Assembly (NCBI GenBank): GCA_965203445.1
Contig: OZ241883.1
Coordinates: 192,001 to 256,000 of the forward strand
Origin: Candidatus Oxydemutator sp.
Lineage (GTDB): Bacteria; Pseudomonadota; Gammaproteobacteria; Poriferisulfidales; Oxydemutatoraceae
Length of the DNA stretch: 64,000 nucleotides
Direction: 5' to 3'
A program made the translations under genes and the position numbers. Below the pieces are notes generated by a model. It made no database searches. It was given only the letters and a program-made list of their open reading frames with translations, and had not been told where the DNA came from. Positions 57,286 through 64,000 of the stretch are shown here, one piece after another (positions within the stretch are counted from its first letter, which is position 1; the number at the start of each line of letters is the position of its first letter).

Positions 57286-59487
57286 TCAGACGACTTTCAG
57301 GTCGGCGAGCATCAGTATCAGCCACTTGGTGCCGGCGCGCTCGAACTTGACCTGGGCGCGGGCGTGGTCGCCGGCGCCTTCGCAGGCGATGACGACGCCC
57401 GTGCCGAAAGTCTTGTGCTCGACCGACTGGCCGGGGCGGATACCCGACGCGCGCGCCGGCGCGGCGCCACGGGTGCGCGGCGGGCGCGTGACGTGCAGGC
57501 GCGGGCGCACTTCCTCGATCAGTTCCCTCGGGATTTCGCCGAGAAAGCGCGAGGGTTCGTTGATCGTGGTCGCGCCGTAGCCGCGGTTGCGGGTCTCGGC
57601 GAAGGACATCGCCAACTCCTCCCTGGCGCGCGTGATGCCGACGTAGCACAGGCGGCGCTCCTCCTCGAGGTCGGTCTCGTTTGCCGATGCGCGCTCGTGT
57701 GGAAACAGGCCCTCCTCAAGCCCGACGATGACGACCGACGGAAACTCCAGGCCCTTGGCCGAATGCAGCGTCATCAGCTGCACGCAGTCCTGATCGGCGC
57801 GGCCCTGTCCCTCGCCCGCCTCGAGCGCGGCGTGCGCGAGGAACGCATCCACGACGGCCAGCTCCTCGTCACCTTCGTCGCGCCACGCGCGCTCGTAGTC
57901 GCGCGCAGCAGCCGTGAACTCCTCGAGGTTCTCGACGCTGGACAACGCCGCCTCGCTCTTGTCCTTGCGGTAATGCGCGGTCAGCAGCTCGGCGACGCGC
58001 GCGGCCATCTCCGGCAGCGACGGGGGCGCGCCATCGCCAGCCAGGTTTTCCAGCAAATCGTAAAAACCGCGCAGTGCGTTGGCGGCGCGCGCCGCGAGTT
58101 CCTTGCCCTTGAGCAGTTCGATCCCGGCGTCCCACAGGCTGCATTTGCGCGCACCCGCACACGCGCGGATTTCGCCGAGCGTGCGCTCACCGATGCCGCG
58201 CGGCGGGAAGTTGACGACGCGCTCGAACGACGGATCGTCGCGCCGGTTCATCATCAGGCGCAGGTAGGCGAGCGCGTTCTTGACCACGGCGCGCTCGAAG
58301 AAACGCAGACCGCCGTAGATGCGGTACGGAAGGTCCTCGGCGATCAGCGCGCTTTCGATGACGCGCGACTGCGCGTTGGAACGGTAGAGCACCGCGATCT
58401 CATCGTAGCGCCGCTCGCGCCCGGCCCAGGCGCGGACGCGGTCGACGACGAAGGCCGCCTCCTCGCGCTCGTTGAACGCGGCGAACACGACAATCGAGGC
58501 GCCGGCGTCGCCGTCGGTCCACAGCGACTTGCCCAGGCGCCCGCGGTTGTGATCAATCAGCGCGTTGGCGGCGTCGAGTATGGTCGCGGTCGAGCGGTAA
58601 TTGCGCTCCAGGCGAAAGGTGGCGGCGCGCGGAAAATCCTTGACGAAGTTGCGGACGTTTTCGACGCGCGCGCCGCGCCAGCCGTAGATGGACTGGTCGT
58701 CGTCGCCGACCGCGAACACCGGAATCTCGTCGCCGGCGAGCACCCGGATCAGCGCGTACTGGAGCTTGTTGGTGTCCTGGAATTCATCCACCAGGAGGTG
58801 GCGAAAGCGCGCGCGGTAGTGGCGCAGCAGGTCGGCGTTGTCGCGCAGCAGTTCGAGCGCGCACAGCAGCAGTTCGGCGAAGTCCACCAGGCCCAGGCGC
58901 CGGCAGTCCCGCTCGTAGGCGGTGTAGACGCGCAGCAGTTGCACGAGGTTCGCGTCGTCACCGGGTTCCTGCACCGACGACGCGCGCATGCCCCTCTCCT
59001 TGCAGTCGTTGATGAACCACTGCGTCCGGCGCGCCGGCCAATGCGCCTCGTCCAGACCGAGCGCCTGCGTCACGCGCTTGATCAGGCGGCGCTGATCCTG
59101 CGCGTCGAGCACCTGGAAAGTGCGCGGCAGCCCGGCGTCGCCGTGGTGCAGGCGCAAAAAGCGGTGGCACAATCCGTGAAAGGTGCCGAGCCACATGCCC
59201 GAGACCGGATAATCGAGCAGGCTTTCGACGCGCGCGCGCATTTCCTGCGCCGCCTTGTTGGTGAAGGTCACCGCGACGATGCTGTACGGCGACAGGTTCT
59301 CGCTACGGCACAGCCACGCGATGCGGTGCGTCAGCACGCGCGTCTTGCCGCTGCCGGCACCGGCCAGCACCAGCACCGGCAGCGGGGCACTGGTGACCGC
59401 GACGCGCTGCTCGTCGTTCAGCCGCCGCAACAAGTCTTGCGCGTCGGACGCCCGCGCGTCGCCGAACCGCTCTTCGCCGATCAGCAT
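57286..59487 (-). CDS. uvrD: DNA helicase II
   Basis: LAGAGSGKT, TFTNKAA, VDEFQDTN, VGDDDQSIYGWRGA, MTLHSAKGLEF, EEERRLCYVGITRA. Confidence 0.96.
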   Translation of the reverse strand: MLIGEERFGDARASDAQDLLRRLNDEQRVAVTSAPLPVLVLAGAGSGKTRVLTHRIAWLCRSENLSPYSIVAVTFTNKAAQEMRARVESLLDYPVSGMWLGTFHGLCHRFLRLHHGDAGLPRTFQVLDAQDQRRLIKRVTQALGLDEAHWPARRTQWFINDCKERGMRASSVQEPGDDANLVQLLRVYTAYERDCRRLGLVDFAELLLCALELLRDNADLLRHYRARFRHLLVDEFQDTNKLQYALIRVLAGDEIPVFAVGDDDQSIYGWRGARVENVRNFVKDFPRAATFRLERNYRSTATILDAANALIDHNRGRLGKSLWTDGDAGASIVVFAAFNEREEAAFVVDRVRAWAGRERRYDEIAVLYRSNAQSRVIESALIAEDLPYRIYGGLRFFERAVVKNALAYLRLMMNRRDDPSFERVVNFPPRGIGERTLGEIRACAGARKCSLWDAGIELLKGKELAARAANALRGFYDLLENLAGDGAPPSLPEMAARVAELLTAHYRKDKSEAALSSVENLEEFTAAARDYERAWRDEGDEELAVVDAFLAHAALEAGEGQGRADQDCVQLMTLHSAKGLEFPSVVIVGLEEGLFPHERASANETDLEEERRLCYVGITRAREELAMSFAETRNRGYGATTINEPSRFLGEIPRELIEEVRPRLHVTRPPRTRGAAPARASGIRPGQSVEHKTFGTGVVIACEGAGDHARAQVKFERAGTKWLILMLADLKVV

Positions 59488-59513
59488 TCGCCGGCCCGCG
59501 CCTCGCGCGCCTC

Positions 59514-61070
59514 TCAGAAAAGCACCACGGCGACGACGATCAGCACGATGCCGACGGCGAGCACCGTCGTCAGACCGCGGCGCAACGCGCGCAGCTCGCG
59601 CTGGACGGTCTCGATTTGCGCGTCGCGGCGACGGGCGTCGAACGACGCCCGCCCGCGCCCCAGCGCCTCGAGCATCTCGGGCGCGCGCTCGGCCAAGACG
59701 GGCAGTTCGCGACGCAGTTTTTTGAGCAGCGCGCGCGGACTCCGGCGCTGCGCCATCCAGCGCTCCAGAAAAGGCTTGGCGGTGTCCCACAGGTTGAGGT
59801 CGGGATACAGCTGGCGTCCCAGCCCCTCGACGTTGAGCAGCGTCTTTTGCAGCAGCACCAGCTGCGGCTGCACCTCCATGTGAAACTGACGCGCCGTTTG
59901 AAACAGCCGCAGCAACAACGCGCCGAACGAAATGCGGCTGAGCGGTTGTTGAAAGATCGGTTCGCACACGGTGCGTATCGCCGACTCCAGCTCGTCTATG
60001 CGGGTGTCGGGCGGCACCCAGCCCGAGTCGACGTGCAGCTCGGCGACGCGGCGGTAGTCGTGGTTGAAGAAGGCCAGGAAATTCTCGGCCAGATAGCGCT
60101 GGTCCTCGACCGCGAGCGCGCCGACGATGCCGAAGTCGACGCCCAGATAGCGCGGCGCCTCGGGGTTCTCGACCGACACGAAGATGTTGCCGGGGTGCAT
60201 GTCGGCGTGGAAGAAGTTGTCGCGAAACACCTGGGTGAAAAAAATCTCGACGCCGATCGCGGCGAGCTGCCTCAGGTCAACGCCGGCGTCCTTCAGGCTT
60301 GCGACGTCGTTGACCGCAACGCCGTAAATCCGCTCCATGACCATGACGTCGCGGCGGCAGTATTCCCAGTGCACGCGCGGCACGTACATCAACGGCGAGT
60401 CCTCGAAGTTGCGGCGCAGCTGGCCGGCGTTGGCGGCCTCGCGCAACAGGTCGAGTTCGGCGAGTATCGTCTTCTCGTATTCCCCGACGACCTCGACGAC
60501 GCGCAGGCGCCGCCCCTCCGACCAGTAGCGCCGCGCCAACGCCGCCATCATCTTCAGTACGGCGACGTCGCGGCGGATCAGTTTTTCGACGTCGGGGCGC
60601 AACACCTTGACGACGACGTCCTCGCCGTCCGCAAGCGTCGCCGCGTGCACCTGCGCCACCGAAGCCGACGCCATCGGCGTCTCGTCGAAGGACGCGAACA
60701 AGTCGCCTATGCCCCTGCCGAGCGAGCGCTCGACGATGGCCGATGCCTGACGGCCCGGAAACGGCGGCACTTCGTCCTGGAGTTTCGCAAGTTCGGCGAT
60801 GACGTCGGCCGGCAGCAGATCGGGGCGCGTCGACAGCGTCTGCCCGAACTTGACGAAGATCGGCCCCAGATCCTCGAGCGCCAGGCGCAGGCGCACCGCC
60901 AGCGGGCGGCGCGCGGCGCGTCTTTTCCGGGACCAGTTCCACGGCAGCAGATAGAAGACGAAATGCACCGGGCGCAAAAAGTGAACCGCAAGGACGATCT
61001 CGTCCAAGCCGTGCCTGATCAACGTCCACTGGATGACGAACAGGCGGCCGATTATGGACAACGACCTCAC
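59514..61070 (-). CDS. ubiB: ubiquinone biosynthesis kinase-like protein
   Basis: [35 protein letters not shown]. Confidence 0.95.
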   Translation of the reverse strand: MRSLSIIGRLFVIQWTLIRHGLDEIVLAVHFLRPVHFVFYLLPWNWSRKRRAARRPLAVRLRLALEDLGPIFVKFGQTLSTRPDLLPADVIAELAKLQDEVPPFPGRQASAIVERSLGRGIGDLFASFDETPMASASVAQVHAATLADGEDVVVKVLRPDVEKLIRRDVAVLKMMAALARRYWSEGRRLRVVEVVGEYEKTILAELDLLREAANAGQLRRNFEDSPLMYVPRVHWEYCRRDVMVMERIYGVAVNDVASLKDAGVDLRQLAAIGVEIFFTQVFRDNFFHADMHPGNIFVSVENPEAPRYLGVDFGIVGALAVEDQRYLAENFLAFFNHDYRRVAELHVDSGWVPPDTRIDELESAIRTVCEPIFQQPLSRISFGALLLRLFQTARQFHMEVQPQLVLLQKTLLNVEGLGRQLYPDLNLWDTAKPFLERWMAQRRSPRALLKKLRRELPVLAERAPEMLEALGRGRASFDARRRDAQIETVQRELRALRRGLTTVLAVGIVLIVVAVVLF

Positions 61071-61085
61071 GTCCCCACCGGTGCC

Positions 61086-61691
61086 TCAATCGGCGCGCAA
61101 TCGGAGCGCGCGCACCCGCGCCTCCAGCCGCTCGAGCGCGTCGCGCAACTCGTCCACGCCCTCGATGAACTCGCGCAACTCGCGCGCGTCGGGCGTCGCG
61201 CGCAGCTCCTCGCGCAGGTACTCGCCGCCGCTGTCGGCGAGCGAATCGAGCGAGCGCTCCAGCCAGGCGGCGGCGGCGCGCGCACCGCGCCCCAGCCCGT
61301 GCGCGCAGGCGTCGCCGAACCACGCCGCCGGCAGCTCCTCCCAGTCGAACTCGAGATCCCGGAATACTTTCTGAAACTCCTGGCCGAGCGCGACGTCGCC
61401 GCGGATCTCGGCGCGCGCCGCGGCACGCCGCGGCGCGCGCCCGGCGAAGGACAGCTTGAACAAATCCACGACGCCGCCACGCACCCAGGTATCCGGTTCG
61501 CGCTCGCATTCGGCGGCGACCGTCACCGAGTCCTCCCCGGGCAGAAAATAGAGCGTCCGTCCGAACGTGGTCACGCACACCGCGATGACCTTGCCGCGCA
61601 TCGCGCCGAGGCGGGCGGCGACCTCGGGGTCGGCTCGCAGCATGCGGTTGACGGCTTTGCCGACCAGCGCGGCGAGCGGTGAATCCTGCAT
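61086..61691 (-). CDS. ubiJ: ubiquinone biosynthesis accessory protein (SCP2 domain)
   Basis: Lies between ubiE and ubiB; DWEE, EYLREE, C-terminal coiled coil. Confidence 0.85.
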   Translation of the reverse strand: MQDSPLAALVGKAVNRMLRADPEVAARLGAMRGKVIAVCVTTFGRTLYFLPGEDSVTVAAECEREPDTWVRGGVVDLFKLSFAGRAPRRAAARAEIRGDVALGQEFQKVFRDLEFDWEELPAAWFGDACAHGLGRGARAAAAWLERSLDSLADSGGEYLREELRATPDARELREFIEGVDELRDALERLEARVRALRLRAD

Positions 61692-61699
61692 CGCGACCT

Positions 61700-62440
61700 T
61701 CAGAGCTTGAAAGCCCGGTGCACCGAGGCGATGCCGCCGGCCAGGTTGAAACAGCGGCAGTCCGCGAAACCGGCGCGCGTTATGCGCTCGCCCAACTCGC
61801 GCTGATCGGGATGCCTGCGGATGGACTCGACCAGGTAGCGGTAGCTACCCTCGTCGCCGGCGACGACGCGCCCGAGCAGCGGGATCACGCGGAACGAATA
61901 CCAGTCGTAGGCGGCGCGCAGCGCCGGCGACGGTCTCGAGAAATCGAGCACGACGAAGCGTCCGCCCGGTTTCAGCACGCGGTGCACCGAGGCCATCGCG
62001 GCGTCCTTGCGCGTGACGTTGCGCAGCCCGAAGGCCATCATCACGCAGTCGAAACGGTCGTCGGCGAACGGCAGATTCTCGGCGTCGCAGCGCACGCAGC
62101 CGGGCGCGGCGACGCCGGCGTCGAGCAGGCGCGCGCGCGCGCGCCGCAGCATCGCCCCGTTGACGTCGGCGACGACGAGTTCGCCGCGCTCGCCGAGACG
62201 TTTGCGCATCCTCAGGGCGACGTCGCCGGTGCCGCCGGCGAGGTCGAGAACGCGCTGTCCCGGGCGCACGCCCGCGACCGCCGCGGCGAAACGTTTCCAC
62301 GCCCGGTGCGCGCCGAACGACATCAGGTCGTTCATCAGATCGTAGCGGTGCGCGACCGAGTCGAACACGCCCGCGACCAGCCTGCCCTTCTCGGCGAGGC
62401 CGACCGTGCGGTAGCCGAAGTGCGTGGTTTTGCGTTCCAT
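61700..62440 (-). CDS. ubiE: ubiquinone/menaquinone C-methyltransferase
   Basis: THFGY, YDLMNDLMSFG, LDLAGGTGD, FGLRNVT, YRYLVESIR. Confidence 0.96.
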   Translation of the reverse strand: MERKTTHFGYRTVGLAEKGRLVAGVFDSVAHRYDLMNDLMSFGAHRAWKRFAAAVAGVRPGQRVLDLAGGTGDVALRMRKRLGERGELVVADVNGAMLRRARARLLDAGVAAPGCVRCDAENLPFADDRFDCVMMAFGLRNVTRKDAAMASVHRVLKPGGRFVVLDFSRPSPALRAAYDWYSFRVIPLLGRVVAGDEGSYRYLVESIRRHPDQRELGERITRAGFADCRCFNLAGGIASVHRAFKL

Positions 62441-62465
62441 CCCGAGGCGCGCGACGGCGCGGCGC

Positions 62466-62837
62466 TCAATTCAGCCGGTGTTCCTTGCGCCGGTGGCCGG
62501 CCTCGCGCAAGCGCTCGAGATAACGCCGCCAGCGCGCGTCGTGCTCGACGCCGAGCCGGTAGAGATAATCCCAGGTGTAGATGCCGCTGTCGTGGCCGTC
62601 GTCGAACGCAAGCTTCACCGCGTAATGGCCGACCGGCTCGACCGCGACGATCGCGACGTCCTCCTTGCCGACCTGCAACACCTCCTGCCCCGGCCCGTGC
62701 CCGGCGACCTCGGCCGACGGCGAATGGACGCGCAGGTATTCGCACGTCAGCTTGAAGTTGCGCCCGTCCTCGAAAGTCAGCTCGAGCACGCGCGACGCGC
62801 GGTGCAGGTGGATCTCCGACGGTTGCACGGTGCTCAT
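62466..62837 (-). CDS. DUF971 domain protein
   Basis: EYLRVHSPSAEV, VGHYAV...FDDGHDSGIYTWDYL; usual hslU-ubiE neighbour. Confidence 0.88.
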   Translation of the reverse strand: MSTVQPSEIHLHRASRVLELTFEDGRNFKLTCEYLRVHSPSAEVAGHGPGQEVLQVGKEDVAIVAVEPVGHYAVKLAFDDGHDSGIYTWDYLYRLGVEHDARWRRYLERLREAGHRRKEHRLN

Positions 62838-62850
62838 CGCGACGCTCCGA

Positions 62851-64000
62851 TCACAGTATGTAGCGGCTCAAATCGCGGTCGCGAGCGAGGTCCGCCAAGC
62901 GCCGGTTGACGTAGTCCACGTCCACCACCAGTTTGCCGCCGCTGTTGTCGGGGGCCGCGAACGAAGCCTCCTCGAGCAGGCGCTCCATCACCGTGTGCAG
63001 GCGGCGCGCGCCGATGTTCTCGGTGTGCTGGTTGATGTCGTAGGCGATGGCGGCAATCGTCTCCACGGCCTCGTCGGTGAACTCGATGGCCAGGTCCTCG
63101 GTGCCGAGCAACTCGCGGTACTGCCGGATCAGCGACACGTCCGGCTCGACCAGGATGCGCACGAACGCGGCGGCGTCCAGCGGCCCCAGCTCGACGCGGA
63201 TCGGCAGGCGCCCCTGCAATTCGGGTATCAGGTCGGACGGCTTCGAGAAATGGAACGCGCCCGAGGCGATGAACAACACGTGGTCGGTCTTGATCATGCC
63301 GTATTTGGTGCTGACGGTGCTGCCCTCTATCAACGGCAACAGGTCGCGCTGCACGCCCTCGCGCGAGACCTCGCCGCCGACGCCGTGGTCGCGCTTTGCG
63401 AGTTTGTCGAGCTCGTCCAGGAACACGATGCCCCGCTGCTCGACGTTTTCGACCGCGGCCGCTTGCAGCTCGTCGTCGTTGACCATTTTTTCGGCCTCTT
63501 CCTGGGCCAGGGCCTTCAGCGCGTTGGCGACGCTCATGCGCCGTTCCTGCTTGTGCTCGCCGCCGAGGCTCTTGAAGACCTTCTGGATCTGCTGCGAGAT
63601 GGCCTCGGCGCCGGGCGGCGACATGACCTCGACGTTGACCGACGTGGCGCCCACGTCTATCTTCAAGTCGGCGTCGTCGAGATCGCCCTCGCGCAGGCGC
63701 GCGCGCAACCGCTGGCGCGCGTCGTCGTCGTCGCGCCGACCATGGCGCGGATTCTGCTCCATCAGCGCGTCGAGCACCCGCTCCTCGGCCAAATCCTGGG
63801 CGCGGTGCGAATTCCTGCGGTTGGCGTGCTCGCGCGCGTCCTTGACCGCGACGTCGGCCAGGTCGCGGACGATGGACTCGACGTCGCGCCCGACGTAGCC
63901 GACCTCGGTGAACTTCGTCGCCTCGACCTTGATGAACGGCGCGTCGGCGAGGCGCGCCAGGCGCCTTGCGATCTCGGTCTTGCCGACGCCGGTCGGCCCC
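62851..64000 (-). CDS. hslU: HslU ATPase subunit (5' end outside the window)
   Basis: [50 protein letters not shown]. Confidence 0.96.
   Translation of the reverse strand, partial: GPTGVGKTEIARRLARLADAPFIKVEATKFTEVGYVGRDVESIVRDLADVAVKDAREHANRRNSHRAQDLAEERVLDALMEQNPRHGRRDDDDARQRLRARLREGDLDDADLKIDVGATSVNVEVMSPPGAEAISQQIQKVFKSLGGEHKQERRMSVANALKALAQEEAEKMVNDDELQAAAVENVEQRGIVFLDELDKLAKRDHGVGGEVSREGVQRDLLPLIEGSTVSTKYGMIKTDHVLFIASGAFHFSKPSDLIPELQGRLPIRVELGPLDAAAFVRILVEPDVSLIRQYRELLGTEDLAIEFTDEAVETIAAIAYDINQHTENIGARRLHTVMERLLEEASFAAPDNSGGKLVVDVDYVNRRLADLARDRDLSRYIL

Overview
High-GC gammaproteobacterial chromosome segment; the cadherin-like adhesin and Fic content hint at a marine host-associated, possibly sponge-symbiont, lineage (inference). 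The core backbone is pyk-pgk-gap-tkt, degP/mucD, nadB, orn, a pilMN-O-P-Q-pilB-like cluster, a POT transporter, tRNA-Leu(CAA), hpt/nucleoside phosphorylase/BCCT/porin, der-bamB-yfgM-hisS-rodZ, polA, thrB, a TRAP system, uvrD and ubiB-ubiJ-ubiE-DUF971-hslU. Lower-GC accessory inserts sit between core genes: a frameshifted AAA ATPase, a type II R-M pair, a Fic gene with a 71-bp repeat array upstream, a ~5,100-aa cadherin-like adhesin with divergent variable domains, and two repeat-rich coiled-coil membrane proteins sharing an upstream motif. The most striking item is a ~790-bp element bounded by perfect terminal inverted repeats (IS1595-like ends). It carries an internally deleted TnpB whose 3' region can fold into a long hairpin with the right TIR. 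Several core genes look leaderless. All calls come from reading motifs by eye; no searches were run.
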